A DNA stretch of 64,000 bases, taken from positions 23,118 to 87,117 of IMG/VR virus record IMGVR_UViG_3300036760_000069; one strand, 5' to 3'. Positions 1-9,797 of the stretch are shown here, one piece after another; position 1 is the stretch's first letter, and each line of letters opens with the position of its first letter. This DNA is from a virus. A program made the translations under genes and the position numbers. Under the pieces are notes generated by a model. That model ran no database searches. It was not told where the DNA came from and saw only the letters and a list, made by a program, of their open reading frames with translations.

Positions 1-38
1 GATGGCCCCGGCGAGAAACTCCCCCTGTTCTGTATTCA

Positions 39-221
39 TCACGATGTCCTCCCAAACGTCTCGTCGACCAGCACCTTGACCTTGATGCTCAGGTTCTTCC
101 CGCGATACCCGACCAGCAACTCGGCGACCTGCTTGCGGAACTCCTCGCTGACCTCGAACGTGACTTTGGTGCCGCCCTCCGTGTCCGTAATCCGATCCAG
201 GGCGGCGGTAAATTCCATCAT
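39..221 (-). CDS. hypothetical protein (60 aa)
   Basis: MMEFTAALDRIT... portion of track ORF 39..485; ATGA overlap with the upstream initiator stop. Confidence 0.6.
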   Translation of the reverse strand: MMEFTAALDRITDTEGGTKVTFEVSEEFRKQVAELLVGYRGKNLSIKVKVLVDETFGRTS

Positions 222-1264
222 ACGGGGGCCTCCGTGCAGGTGGCGTAGATGTCGGGGAACATTTTCAGAAACTGCCCGCGCTTCACATCGAGCGAGGTGG
301 TGGTGATGTCCCCGGCGAAAATGCCCCCGATCGCCCGAGCTGTCACCTGAATTGCGGGATGGGTGTAGGGCACCTTGCCCCCTTGCCGGTGCGCTTCGAC
401 CTCGGCCCACGCGACCGCGGCAGTCAACGTGCCGGATGTCGGAGTGGCGCGGTGCGGGGTCTCCGGGGTCAGCCAGTCCCTCCACGGCTCGTTGCCCTTA
501 CCATCCCGCAGGAATCGCTTCGGGTCTTTCGTGGCCAGGCCCTGTGTGACGAGGTCGCTGGCGGCGTAGTGTGTAGCGGCGGTACAGGCGGCAGCCCGAT
601 CCTCGGCGGTGAGCAAGAGGAATCGCCGGCGGGTCTCCGTCTTCTCCAGCTTCTTGCCGTTCCGTGCCGGATAGGCTTTCCAGAACTGCTCGAACAGGGT
701 GTCCCCCTCACCAGAGGGGTGAGAGTTCTTCTGAGAACTCGATAGAGTCTTCTTCTGTTTCTGACTCTGACTCTGACTCTGACTCTGACTCTGTATGCGT
801 TGGCTATGCGTTCGCATATTCGTTCGCACTGCATTCGTATTACCGACATGATGCGGACGCACTCCATTCGTATCAGCCCACCGCTTCTTTGCACTCTCTC
901 GATTTTGCTGACATTTTCGATCTTCTTCGCATTGGATACCGTGGAGTTTCATGTTCACCATGCGGTCAAGTAGGTCTGGATGGGGAACAAAACACTGGGC
1001 GACCACCCCTGCAAGGTCATCGGCATTGTACGGGCGGGCGGTCTTGGCATAGGTGTCGCTGTCGAAGGGCATGACGGACGCAATGCGTTCGCATTGCGTG
1101 GGGATGCTCCCCTCCAGCCACTGAAAACACAGGAGCTTGATATAGATGCCCACCTGGGCATTGCTCATCATTTGGACTTTCTCATCGAACAAGAAGTCAC
1201 GGGCGTAGAGCTTGAACCACGGAAGTTTCGAGACCTTGCCGGTGCCGTTGGTGTGCCCCATCAT
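218..1264 (-). CDS. DUF1376/YdaU-family phage replication initiator
   Basis: N-terminal LPWFKLYARDFL..MSNAQVGIYIKLLCFQW motif; QSQSQS linker; FEQFWKAYP C-terminal domain. Confidence 0.8.
   Translation of the reverse strand: MMGHTNGTGKVSKLPWFKLYARDFLFDEKVQMMSNAQVGIYIKLLCFQWLEGSIPTQCERIASVMPFDSDTYAKTARPYNADDLAGVVAQCFVPHPDLLDRMVNMKLHGIQCEEDRKCQQNRESAKKRWADTNGVRPHHVGNTNAVRTNMRTHSQRIQSQSQSQSQSQKQKKTLSSSQKNSHPSGEGDTLFEQFWKAYPARNGKKLEKTETRRRFLLLTAEDRAAACTAATHYAASDLVTQGLATKDPKRFLRDGKGNEPWRDWLTPETPHRATPTSGTLTAAVAWAEVEAHRQGGKVPYTHPAIQVTARAIGGIFAGDITTTSLDVKRGQFLKMFPDIYATCTEAPV
761..792. repeat. (CTGACT)n microsatellite encoding a (QS)n linker
   Basis: About 5 tandem hexamers visible directly. Confidence 0.9.
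794..875. promoter_or_regulatory. candidate iterons / replication origin inside the initiator gene
   Basis: TATGCG-TT-CGCATA at 805-818 with degenerate copies nearby; related CAATGCG-TT-CGCATTG at 1081-1096; position analogous to lambdoid origins. Confidence 0.45.
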
Positions 1265-1413
1265 CGACTCCGCTTCCGCCGCGTGCCCCAGCGCGCCGCC
1301 GCCCCGGCCTTGCCGATCTGTGAGAGTTTCTGCTTGGTGTGGTTCTTGGTCCGTTGGAGACCGCCTTTGCGGCCCAGCGCGACGGCATGGGGGTTCTTCT
1401 TTACGGGCGGCAT
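1261..1413 (-). CDS. small basic protein with KGG-like motif (50 aa, not in ORF track)
   Basis: Hand translation MPPVKKNPHAVALGRKGGLQRTKNHTKQKLSQIGKAGAAARWGTRRKRSR; ATGA coupling to the initiator. Confidence 0.75.
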   Translation of the reverse strand: MPPVKKNPHAVALGRKGGLQRTKNHTKQKLSQIGKAGAAARWGTRRKRSR

Positions 1414-1419
1414 CCTGTC

Positions 1420-1449
1420 CTTCTATTCCTTTCGCTAGGTACTTGTCAA
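1420..1449 (-). promoter_or_regulatory. putative sigma70 promoter
   Basis: TTGACA-18 nt-TAGAAG, 6 nt before the ATG at 1413. Confidence 0.45.
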
Positions 1450-1456
1450 GCCCAAT

Positions 1457-1783
1457 TTATGCGGGCCACTTCTTGGACGCCGGATCCGCCTCCTGCCGGT
1501 CCTCGATCGCCTTGGCGATGCGGAGCGCGCCCTGCACCTTATGATCCGGCACGCCATGGATGGCGGCCTGGTTCGCCCAGCCCCGGATGATGCGCGGCGC
1601 GAGCGGGTCGGTGCCCCGCAGGACGAAGATGATCTCGTCGTCCTTGGCGCGCTTCAGCACCTGGCAGGTGGCCTTGGTCGGAAGATCACCCGTCGTTAGC
1701 AATCCCTCGTGAACCATTTTGGATACCGCCTCGCCGTAAGTACCAGCCTCACCTGCCACCGTCTTGTTTTCTTGTTCTGCCAT
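1457..1783 (-). CDS. conserved phage hypothetical protein
   Basis: AAGGAGAGAGG SD; DEIIFVLRGTDPLAP..IRGWA motif common in phage proteins. Confidence 0.7.
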   Translation of the reverse strand: MAEQENKTVAGEAGTYGEAVSKMVHEGLLTTGDLPTKATCQVLKRAKDDEIIFVLRGTDPLAPRIIRGWANQAAIHGVPDHKVQGALRIAKAIEDRQEADPASKKWPA

Positions 1784-1917
1784 TGTCCTCTCTCCTTGTT
1801 GTGGGGGTGGGGCCGGCTCCAGCAAGACCCGGCCCCACCGATCCAACCAAATCCCCCCGAGAGCCATCCCCCCAGCGCCAGCCGGGTCGGCCTCATCGGA
1901 CGTCGGGGGCGCGCCCG

Positions 1918-2274
1918 TTAGAACGTCTCCAGCCTGATCGTGACCCCTGCTAGCGCCTTACACGGGGGCAGGTTGGTCTGCACCTCCCACTGGATGATTT
2001 GGCTATCGTCCTTCACCACGCCGGCGCGTTCCAGCACATGACAGAGGGCATCCAGCATCCCCGGCACATCGCGCCGGCGCCGATCCGCATGGGTGAACAC
2101 CACCGAAATTTTCAGCAGCTCGGTGAGGGGTGTCGTAGGCGGGTGAATCTGTGTGAGCATTGCGTCCCGCCACACCGCCCAGCGCGGCAACGGGTAATGC
2201 CGCCCGGTCCGCGTGATCTGCATGTGGTTTTTCCCCGACAGGCACTGGCCTTTCAGCACATAGGTCAGGAGCAT
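1918..2274 (-). CDS. rusA: RusA-family Holliday junction resolvase
   Basis: RRRDVPGMLDAL...GVVKDDSQI catalytic pattern. Confidence 0.8.
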   Translation of the reverse strand: MLLTYVLKGQCLSGKNHMQITRTGRHYPLPRWAVWRDAMLTQIHPPTTPLTELLKISVVFTHADRRRRDVPGMLDALCHVLERAGVVKDDSQIIQWEVQTNLPPCKALAGVTIRLETF

Positions 2275-3005
2275 TAGGCGATCACCGGGAGGCCGTGAAC
2301 GCGCTCCTCCAAATACGCCTTGATTGCCAATACCGTCGTCATCTTCCAATGCCCCCCGTCAGCCTCGAACAGGGCGCAGACCGGGATCTGCCCCTCACCG
2401 GCAGGGCGCAGGCGGAAGACGAACTCTGAGGCGGGCTGGTCGATCTCCGGGAAGGTGCGATAAGGCGCCAGCGTCCACCGGGGACGCACCACCACCCCCT
2501 CCTTGAGCGTTACGCCCGTCTTCACAGCGGTCTTCTGGGAGATCCCATCGTCTTGGCTGGTCGTGATGGTCTCCCCGGTCAGGTTCGAGACCAGCTTGAG
2601 CAACTCTTGACACTCTGACGTCTGCACAAAGCAGGACTGCACCCAGATGATGAACGCTTCCTGTTCCAGAAACTTCGAGAACGGAAAGGGTTGCTCACCA
2701 AGACGGGCTTTGGCCTCGATATGCAGTTCCCGCTGGCCCCACTCATCGCAGAGCGTATTGCCGACGACGACATGCCCATAGCCGCGCACGACGACGATTT
2801 CGCTCCCGACTTCTTCGTGAATCCCGTTGAGGTGGTGTCCGATCAGATCACACAGGCCGGTCAACGTCTGCACGGTCACGGGTTCCGGCAACTGCATCTT
2901 GACCGGAAAGACGGGCTTCGTCGTGTACTTGTGCCCATCAATGTCCAGCTCATCCCCATGCCCGAGCTCGACAATCTTCTCAATCGCTTCCTTGGTTAGA
3001 TCCAT
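2274..3005 (-). CDS. conserved phage protein (243 aa)
   Basis: DDGISQ..VKTGV and LAPYRTFPEIDQPASEFVFR motifs; AAAGGAG SD. Confidence 0.75.
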   Translation of the reverse strand: MDLTKEAIEKIVELGHGDELDIDGHKYTTKPVFPVKMQLPEPVTVQTLTGLCDLIGHHLNGIHEEVGSEIVVVRGYGHVVVGNTLCDEWGQRELHIEAKARLGEQPFPFSKFLEQEAFIIWVQSCFVQTSECQELLKLVSNLTGETITTSQDDGISQKTAVKTGVTLKEGVVVRPRWTLAPYRTFPEIDQPASEFVFRLRPAGEGQIPVCALFEADGGHWKMTTVLAIKAYLEERVHGLPVIA

Positions 3006-3034
3006 GTGCGGTCTCCTTTGTGTGGTGGGGTCGA

Positions 3035-3394
3035 TTACCCCCGGATCGGGTGAACTTTGCCCTCTTTGTCGATGGCCTTCTCCTTGAACAGCTTTTCCTG
3101 CCGCTGGTCGGACGGGTAGGCGGTCACATGGCCGCCCTTGTCTGAGATGAAGATACTGGCCTTGACCGCCGGCACGGAGACCAGTTTCGAGGTACAGACA
3201 AACGAGACCTCCGCTACGCTCCGATCATTCGAGGGCGTGATGTCGAAGGTCAGCGTCACCCGGCGGGACTTTTTGGGGTCGGTGTTCACATCGGCGACGT
3301 TTTCCAGCACTTCCTGCAACACCCGACCGAAGACCTCCTCGGCCGCGCCGCCACAGATATTGCCCAGATTGAGGGTCTTGCTCTCTGCTCCCAT
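3035..3394 (-). CDS. conserved phage protein, usually paired with the downstream gene
   Basis: GGAAEEVF..LQEVLENVADVNTDPKKSRRVTLTF; AAAGGAG SD. Confidence 0.75.
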   Translation of the reverse strand: MGAESKTLNLGNICGGAAEEVFGRVLQEVLENVADVNTDPKKSRRVTLTFDITPSNDRSVAEVSFVCTSKLVSVPAVKASIFISDKGGHVTAYPSDQRQEKLFKEKAIDKEGKVHPIRG

Positions 3395-3445
3395 CAGCGT
3401 TGCTCCTTTCATTCGTAATAGCCCTAGCCCGTGTGTGATGCAGCA

Positions 3446-3646
3446 TCATGCCACTGTCTTTCTCGCCCACTCCTTTGCGGCGATCCGCATCTGGCGCGCC
3501 AGCCATTTCAGTTCGTCGTACTCCGCCATGGCGGCCCGATCAGCAGGTGTTCGCAGCACCCACTTGTTACATACGACATGGCTGGCCTTCAGCTCTTTCG
3601 CAAAGCCGTCCAACACCGCCGCGGCCCGGAGGAGGTCCGTCTTCAT
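3446..3646 (-). CDS. hypothetical protein
   Basis: Short ORF filling the operon gap. Confidence 0.5.
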   Translation of the reverse strand: MKTDLLRAAAVLDGFAKELKASHVVCNKWVLRTPADRAAMAEYDELKWLARQMRIAAKEWARKTVA

Positions 3647-3701
3647 CGCGGCATCTCGTCCCACGTCGCGTCCGTCCACTCGATCTTGGTGTTCGTGCCC
3701 A

Positions 3702-4007
3702 TTAGCTCACCTTCTTGAACTCGTGATACCAAATCGTTTGTTTGGGGTCATAGCCCTTGCGCGGATGGATTTTCTCCCAGATGGCGATGAAGGCCTCGGA
3801 AGTCTCGAACCCTTCCTGGCGGTATCGAGCCTGGGCGACAAAACCGAGAGAGTGCGGCCTGACCAGCGTGAACTCAAACTGCTGACCGAACACGTAAAAG
3901 ACATCGCCAGGCTTCCCCAACGGCTTCGTCCTGCTGGTAGCTGTCTTGCGTCCAGAGCACAGCCGCTCCTCGAACTCAGGCAGGAAGCGAATCACGCTCT
4001 GCTTCAT
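3702..4007 (-). CDS. ASCH/PUA-like domain protein
   Basis: F.PEF.ERL.SGRKTATSR...GDVF...EGF....F...W signature. Confidence 0.75.
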   Translation of the reverse strand: MKQSVIRFLPEFEERLCSGRKTATSRTKPLGKPGDVFYVFGQQFEFTLVRPHSLGFVAQARYRQEGFETSEAFIAIWEKIHPRKGYDPKQTIWYHEFKKVS

Positions 4008-5413
4008 CAGTTGCCTTTCCGCACGAACAACGGCGCAACGGCCGTGATGCGGGCGTCGGCCAGCGCGATGTAGTCTGGGTTCAGTTCGATGCCGACGAAC
4101 TCACGGCCGAGGCGGAGGGCGACCGCCCCAACAGTTCCACTGCCCGTAAAAGGATCGAAGACCACGCAGGGCACCGGCTCGCCCGCCTTCTTGCAGGCAC
4201 AGGTCGGGCGCCAGCCAGTCGTCATGGCCTGCGGGAACGCGTTATCGTGATCGTTGCCTCGCGCCCGCTTCTCTTGCCGTACCATCGCCAGCCTGTTCGC
4301 CGTCGAGCCCTTAGGGTAGGCCGTGCCGGTTGCGCCCTTGTGCGGGATGATCTCCTTCTCGACCACCCGCGCCCACGGCGCCATGCACTTACTACAGGCA
4401 CCGCGCTCGCTGGTGCCGGCGAGGATGCACGGCTCGACCAACTTCTCAGGGAAGGTGGCGAAGTGGGCCTCTTTGAACGGCATCGTGGGGATCGTCCAGA
4501 CGGTGCGCTTGTTGCGGGTCAGCGTTGGATAAGTGTCAGCTCGATCAGGTCGATGCGTACCGACGGTCTGCCCAGGATGCACTGCTGCTCGTTTTGAGTT
4601 TTCGCGTCGAAAGTTATCTCTCGCTGATGGCTTGCTGTACGTGGTGTCGGCATGGGTGCAGGGTTCAGCGATCGCCTCTGCATCGTAGTAGTACGTCTGG
4701 CTCTTGGTGAGCAGGAATAGGTACTCATGCGCCTTAGTTGGGCGGTCCGTCACCGACTCTGGCATGGGGTTGGGCTTGGCCCAGATAATGTCGCTCCGCA
4801 GCCACCAGCCGTCCGCTTGCAGCGCGAAGGCCACGCGCCAGGGGATGCCGACGAGGTCTTTGGACTTTAATTCCAAAAACTCTTTTTTCTCGCGGATGGA
4901 CGCCCCCGATTTTTTTGCAGCGTCGTTCTTCCCGCCCGATGAGCCGCCCCATTTACCAGTAGAAGCATACGTATCTCCGAGGTTCAGCCAGAGCGTGCCG
5001 TCGCTGCGGAGGACGCGGCGCACGTCGCGGAAGACTTCGACGACATGCTCGACGTAGAGGTCGACCGAGGATTCTAAGCCGAGCGAGCCCGCCCACGCCC
5101 CACAAGCTGAACAGACGGCTCCATGGCGAATCTCCTGCCGCTTCCAGCCGACCCGTTTCTCTGGTGCGACCTGCTCGTCCCGTCCGTTGCGCGTATGTTG
5201 CCACCGCCGCTTATCGGTGTAGTTCGTCTCCGAGGTAGCCACCACATCCCGCCAGTCGTGTTCGCAACTTTGTGCCCCCCCCCAGACCTGCGGCGGGATC
5301 TTGTAGTCGCGTAGACCCCAATACGGCGGGCTCGTACACACCATCTGCACCGACTCCGCCGGCATCGTCGCCAGCTCCGTCAGCACATGGCCCTGGTGGA
5401 GGGTGTAGTTCAC
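4007..5413 (-). CDS. DNA amino-methyltransferase (N4-C/N6-A, beta class)
   Basis: TSPPYW catalytic motif at the N-terminus; HFATFP and DPFTGSGT SAM motif at the C-terminus. Confidence 0.92.
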   Translation of the reverse strand: MNYTLHQGHVLTELATMPAESVQMVCTSPPYWGLRDYKIPPQVWGGAQSCEHDWRDVVATSETNYTDKRRWQHTRNGRDEQVAPEKRVGWKRQEIRHGAVCSACGAWAGSLGLESSVDLYVEHVVEVFRDVRRVLRSDGTLWLNLGDTYASTGKWGGSSGGKNDAAKKSGASIREKKEFLELKSKDLVGIPWRVAFALQADGWWLRSDIIWAKPNPMPESVTDRPTKAHEYLFLLTKSQTYYYDAEAIAEPCTHADTTYSKPSARDNFRRENSKRAAVHPGQTVGTHRPDRADTYPTLTRNKRTVWTIPTMPFKEAHFATFPEKLVEPCILAGTSERGACSKCMAPWARVVEKEIIPHKGATGTAYPKGSTANRLAMVRQEKRARGNDHDNAFPQAMTTGWRPTCACKKAGEPVPCVVFDPFTGSGTVGAVALRLGREFVGIELNPDYIALADARITAVAPLFVRKGN

Positions 5414-6990
5414 GCGATCAGCTCACGACACAGCGCCATCGCCAGGTTCACGGGAACCGCGTTCCCGATCTGTTTGACGCGCTGCTCCCGCGTCCCAGAG
5501 AATAGGTAGTCGTCGTCAAACGACATGGCCCGGGCAAGCTCGTGCGGCTGGAGCATCCGAAAGCGAATGTCGAGCGTCACCTCGTTCCCGTCCACGGTCA
5601 CCAGGGCGAAGCGGTCCTTGGCCGTGATCGTGTCCAGCGGCTCACTCACTGGCTTGGCCTTCCCGGTCCCGTAGTATTTCGAGATGAACGGTTCGACGAG
5701 TCCGCCGGCGCCGTGTGATGTAACAGTCGGTAACGGGTCGTCAACCGAGTGAACGCGAGGTAACTGACCGTCGCGCTCGCCAAAGAACGGCACAAGGAAA
5801 GGTTCGACAAGGCCGAACTGCTTGGAGCCGGTCAGGGTCGGAATAGGCTTGTCGGTAGAATGGGATCGGCGTCTGTACTGCCCAGGTCCTTCGCGCTTAT
5901 CCGTACCGTGGTTGGCCGTAACGAGAAACGGCTCGACCAAGGCGTGATGCGCGCCCGTCGTCGAAAGTGTCGACAATGGCTGCTCAATCGACCGTACCTT
6001 GGATTGACCGCGCAGGATCGCTACGAACGGCTGCACCAGCGAGATCGCTCCAGCCGTGGCAATCGTCGGGAGTGGTTTATTCACCGAACGCGGAGCCGCA
6101 CAGCTCTGCTGCCCAATCACGAACGGCTCGCAGAGGCCCATGTGTTCGCCGCCGGCCGTGAGCGTAGGAAGCGGCTGATCGACCGAGCGCCCGTTGCCAT
6201 GACGGCGGAGGACCGCGATGAACGGCTCGGCATTGGCCCCCCCGAACTTCCGCAGGCCCGCCTCGATCCGGGCCAGGGTCGCCGGCGCGAGCGGGCGCTT
6301 GCGGGTGAAGATGCTCTGACTGACGAGCGACCAGTCGATGATCTCCCGCGCCGCCTTCCACTTTTCCAGCCCCATCGGCAGCCGACCGTCGGCGGCATGG
6401 GACGCATCCGGCCAGGTGATCGGCCGGCGCCCACGACGGGCGATGATGAACAACCGCTCCCGCGTCGTCGGGTCGCCGTAGTTGGCCGCGTTCAGAATCC
6501 GATCCTCGACGACGTAACCGAGTGACCGCAGGGAATTGAGAAAGGCCCGGTAGGTGTCGCCGCGCTTGGTTTTGAGCGGCCGTCCGTTCGTGCCGATCGG
6601 CCCCCAATCGCGGAACTCCCGCACGTTTTCAATCAGGATGCTGTCGATCCGGAGCGCCTCGGCCCAGCGAAGCACATGCCAGGCTGTGGACCGGGATTGA
6701 TCGGACACCGGCTTGCCGCCGCGGGCGATGGAGTGATGGGTACATTCCGGGGACGCGACCAGCAGATGCAAATGGCCGGAAGGGACAACCTTGCGCGGGT
6801 CTACGCTGTCGAGCGACGTACAAAGATGCTGCGCCGTGGGATGGTTCGCCGTGTGCGTCTTGATGGCGATGTCCCAATGGTTCACGGCAATCAGACTGAG
6901 CCCCATCCCAAGGCTTTCACAGGCCCGCGCCAGCCCGGTCGACGTGCCGCCGGCACCACAGAACAAATCAGCCGCGTGGATGACCTTCAC
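5410..6990 (-). CDS. DNA cytosine-C5 methyltransferase with internal repeats
   Basis: DLFCGAGG, SPECTHHS, IENVREF, RERLF and QIGNAVP motifs; GTG start inferred. Confidence 0.92.
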   Translation of the reverse strand: MKVIHAADLFCGAGGTSTGLARACESLGMGLSLIAVNHWDIAIKTHTANHPTAQHLCTSLDSVDPRKVVPSGHLHLLVASPECTHHSIARGGKPVSDQSRSTAWHVLRWAEALRIDSILIENVREFRDWGPIGTNGRPLKTKRGDTYRAFLNSLRSLGYVVEDRILNAANYGDPTTRERLFIIARRGRRPITWPDASHAADGRLPMGLEKWKAAREIIDWSLVSQSIFTRKRPLAPATLARIEAGLRKFGGANAEPFIAVLRRHGNGRSVDQPLPTLTAGGEHMGLCEPFVIGQQSCAAPRSVNKPLPTIATAGAISLVQPFVAILRGQSKVRSIEQPLSTLSTTGAHHALVEPFLVTANHGTDKREGPGQYRRRSHSTDKPIPTLTGSKQFGLVEPFLVPFFGERDGQLPRVHSVDDPLPTVTSHGAGGLVEPFISKYYGTGKAKPVSEPLDTITAKDRFALVTVDGNEVTLDIRFRMLQPHELARAMSFDDDYLFSGTREQRVKQIGNAVPVNLAMALCRELIA

Positions 6991-6995
6991 CTCAG

Positions 6996-7007
6996 CCCCC
7001 CCCCCCC
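6996..7007. repeat. C12 homopolymer (G12 on the coding strand)
   Basis: Seen directly, 5 nt upstream of the C5-MTase GTG. Confidence 0.9.
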
Positions 7008-7087
7008 ACCTTGATTTCCCGCCGCCTATTAAAACGATCCATGCGCTCCTTCTGGCATTGCCGACAGACACGACGTTGCGGCGCGGC

Positions 7088-7402
7088 TTAGTTTCCGACA
7101 TACGCGAACACCTTAATTTCACGATGATGGTTCGTGACGATCACGCTTGGCCGCCGGTCAATGACGCGCCAGTGCGGCCCACGCAACACACAGCCCCACG
7201 CATTAGGATGAGCCGGTTTAAGCCCCCACTTGTCTGCTAGGACACGGAGGTCGTCGCAACTGACGGACCCGTAGGCCAGCGCTAGCTTCACCGCAACCGT
7301 CCGCATAGTGGCAACGAAGGGCGCGTTGTGAATCTCTACCAGGTCCAGGCCAAACGCCTTCTCCTTCGCGGCGAGCTCATCGTCGAGGGTGAGTTGGCTC
7401 AT
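7088..7402 (-). CDS. conserved phage hypothetical protein
   Basis: DDLR....PAHPNAWG motif; coupled to neighbours. Confidence 0.7.
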   Translation of the reverse strand: MSQLTLDDELAAKEKAFGLDLVEIHNAPFVATMRTVAVKLALAYGSVSCDDLRVLADKWGLKPAHPNAWGCVLRGPHWRVIDRRPSVIVTNHHREIKVFAYVGN

Positions 7403-7704
7403 TTGTTCCCCGTCGGCTTCACATGGAAATAGGTGTGATAACCGAGAATTGCAAACTCGTTGAGGTCGATCCCTAACGCTTCACTTTCGAGCAGGCCCGG
7501 CCACCAGCCCGTCCAGCGGGCAAAGAGCGGGTCATGCGCCTTCTCGTGGTGGTGGGGTGCCCCCCAGCACATCAGACCCTGCTTACCGCAGACGCTACAG
7601 CGTTCGACATCGCATCCGTTGTGGTGCGGCTGGCCCGGCTTCACGCCACAGTCCGGACAGGGCGTCGGGTCACGGTCAATCTTCGTATCAGTCATGGGAG
7701 CCAT
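7399..7704 (-). CDS. Cys/His-rich putative zinc-binding protein
   Basis: [25 protein letters not shown]...RWTGWWPG; CAGGAGG SD. Confidence 0.75.
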   Translation of the reverse strand: MAPMTDTKIDRDPTPCPDCGVKPGQPHHNGCDVERCSVCGKQGLMCWGAPHHHEKAHDPLFARWTGWWPGLLESEALGIDLNEFAILGYHTYFHVKPTGNK

Positions 7705-7807
7705 ACTCGACCTCCTGTTTATTGGGCGAGCCCCGGACACCAGCGGCCCCTGCGGGACACCCCCCGGCATTTCGCAGGGGTGAAGCTGGGCCGGGACTCG
7801 CCGCCTG

Positions 7808-9160
7808 TCATGCGCCGACCTTCACATGAAGACGGTCAGCGACCTCGCGCAACTCCTCCAGATAATTCTGGCGGGCTTCGTGTCCCTCTGGCAGTTGCTG
7901 GAGAGCGACATTGAAATTCCGGCGGACGCCCCAGAGGGCATCATTGCCATCGCGTGTCTCCACCAGCGCGGCGACCAGCTTGCGGATCTCCGCCTCCTGC
8001 ATCGCACCTGCGTCGATGGCCTTAGCCGTATTCTTTGCACCGTGGGATGGTTTAGCGTGACCTTGCGCGGACGCGGTTGTCGTTGCAGGGGGAACATTCA
8101 CCGCCGCCTCCCTTGTCATGCGTCCATTCCGGAGACCGATCTCGGCATCAAGATGCGAGAGCAGGAGCATGTTGGCATCCCGCGCCATCGCCTTGAGCGG
8201 GTCGTTCGCTTCGACCTCGATGCTCTTGAGGTACTTCACCAGATCGTCAAGCGGCACGGCAGGGTCGTCGAGATGCCGTTTCCCAAACGGCCCGTAGGCC
8301 GGGAGCTGCGGCCCCTTGAACTTGGCGGGGGCGGTCTTCTCCTTCCGGGGATCCGGTTGAATCAGCCTCGCTCCTTCGGGCATGGGTTCATCTTCCCCCT
8401 CGCCTTCGATCTGCACATCCGCAGGGTCGAGCTTCGGGTTCTCCTCGATCGGGGCCGGGAGTTGCGGCAGTTGCTGAACGTACCCCAGCCCCTGCTGGCG
8501 ATAGGACGCCACCGCCTCCTCTTTCCCGGCAAAGGCCAGCTTGAGGGTGTAGTGGGTCTGCTTCTTCTGGTCGTGGTGCGTCTCGCGCTTCTCGCGCCAG
8601 AGCGTCAGCGGCACCATGGCAAGGCGTCCGCCCAAGAGGAGCTTCGTGTACTCCATGCCGCTGTTCAGATCGACGACTGAATGGAAGGACTTCGTCGTGA
8701 GCTGGTAGAGGCCGCCCATGTTGACCTCTGGGAGCATGAACAGGAGCGTGGCCTGTTCCGTACACTCCCCTCGCGGGTTTTCCTCGCTCTTGAGTTGCTC
8801 GCAGGGACAGGCCATCTCGCCCCAGACACCATCTTGACCGAGCCGTTCTGCCACTTCCCCGTCGCCGCGGCATTTAAGGCCTTTGCTCGACCCATACCAG
8901 GCGTAGCTCTGCGGGAAGTCGATCTCAATGTCGTCCGACAGGAGCATGATCGGGAGCGAGACGGGCTTGTCGCCGTGAATCGCTTGTACTTCAGGAGGAC
9001 AGACGAAGTAGTCGGTCTCCGTCGGGTACTCCACGATGCTCTTGTCCGGGCGGGTCTTCTGGACCTTCAGGCCCAAGCGAATCTTGCCGAGGATCGGCAA
9101 GCGCCGGTGTTCACTGAACCGGCCTTTGATCTTGGTGAAGCGTCGTCGAAAGTTCTCCAT
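7808..9160 (-). CDS. Gp3-like (recombination directionality factor-like) recombination protein
   Basis: [29 protein letters not shown] motifs; adjacent to an exonuclease. Confidence 0.7.
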   Translation of the reverse strand: MENFRRRFTKIKGRFSEHRRLPILGKIRLGLKVQKTRPDKSIVEYPTETDYFVCPPEVQAIHGDKPVSLPIMLLSDDIEIDFPQSYAWYGSSKGLKCRGDGEVAERLGQDGVWGEMACPCEQLKSEENPRGECTEQATLLFMLPEVNMGGLYQLTTKSFHSVVDLNSGMEYTKLLLGGRLAMVPLTLWREKRETHHDQKKQTHYTLKLAFAGKEEAVASYRQQGLGYVQQLPQLPAPIEENPKLDPADVQIEGEGEDEPMPEGARLIQPDPRKEKTAPAKFKGPQLPAYGPFGKRHLDDPAVPLDDLVKYLKSIEVEANDPLKAMARDANMLLLSHLDAEIGLRNGRMTREAAVNVPPATTTASAQGHAKPSHGAKNTAKAIDAGAMQEAEIRKLVAALVETRDGNDALWGVRRNFNVALQQLPEGHEARQNYLEELREVADRLHVKVGA

Positions 9161-9176
9161 CGGGGGCCTCCTTGGG

Positions 9177-9797
9177 TTAATAGCCGTGGTTCGCTCGCCA
9201 GTTCAGGACGGCCGCCATCGACAGGGCGGCGATCTCCGTGGCGGCGTCCGGGTACACGATCACTTCCTTGTAGTCGGTGGTGCGCCCGTCAATGTAGAGG
9301 ATCAGCAACTGGCGGGCCTTCTCGTAGCCCTCCAGAAAGCGGTACAGCATGACCTGCACCTTATGCTCCGGTTGCACCGTGCCGGTCTTGAGGTCGGGGA
9401 TCGTCAGGATCTGCTTCTTCCCGTACCAGCCATCACAATCCGGCGTGCCAGCGATGCCGTAGCGGTCGTTCTTTGAGGCCTGCTCGACCCAGCGCGGCTT
9501 GAAGCCGGTGTCGTTCACCCACTTGAGCATCGCGGCGTGAGCATAGTAGAGCCGCTCGTCTTCAAAGTTGACGGCGGGGGCATCACACAGCCCTTGCATC
9601 GAGGCTAAAAGCGTGGCGAATAATCTGTGCGCCTTGTTGCCAAACAGGATCGCGGCCTCCAGCGTGTCCTCATCCACAAAGGCGAACGGGTCGCGCCCTG
9701 TCAGCGCGTGCGTGATCGCCGACACCGGCCGGTAGATTTTTCCGGCCTCGTCTTGGTAGGCGCGGTTCTCGCGGTCTTCGTTAATTACTGTGAGCAT
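9177..9797 (-). CDS. PD-(D/E)XK exonuclease
   Basis: VEQ...GIAGTPD...IPDLKTG...VQVMLY. Confidence 0.8.
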   Translation of the reverse strand: MLTVINEDRENRAYQDEAGKIYRPVSAITHALTGRDPFAFVDEDTLEAAILFGNKAHRLFATLLASMQGLCDAPAVNFEDERLYYAHAAMLKWVNDTGFKPRWVEQASKNDRYGIAGTPDCDGWYGKKQILTIPDLKTGTVQPEHKVQVMLYRFLEGYEKARQLLILYIDGRTTDYKEVIVYPDAATEIAALSMAAVLNWRANHGY

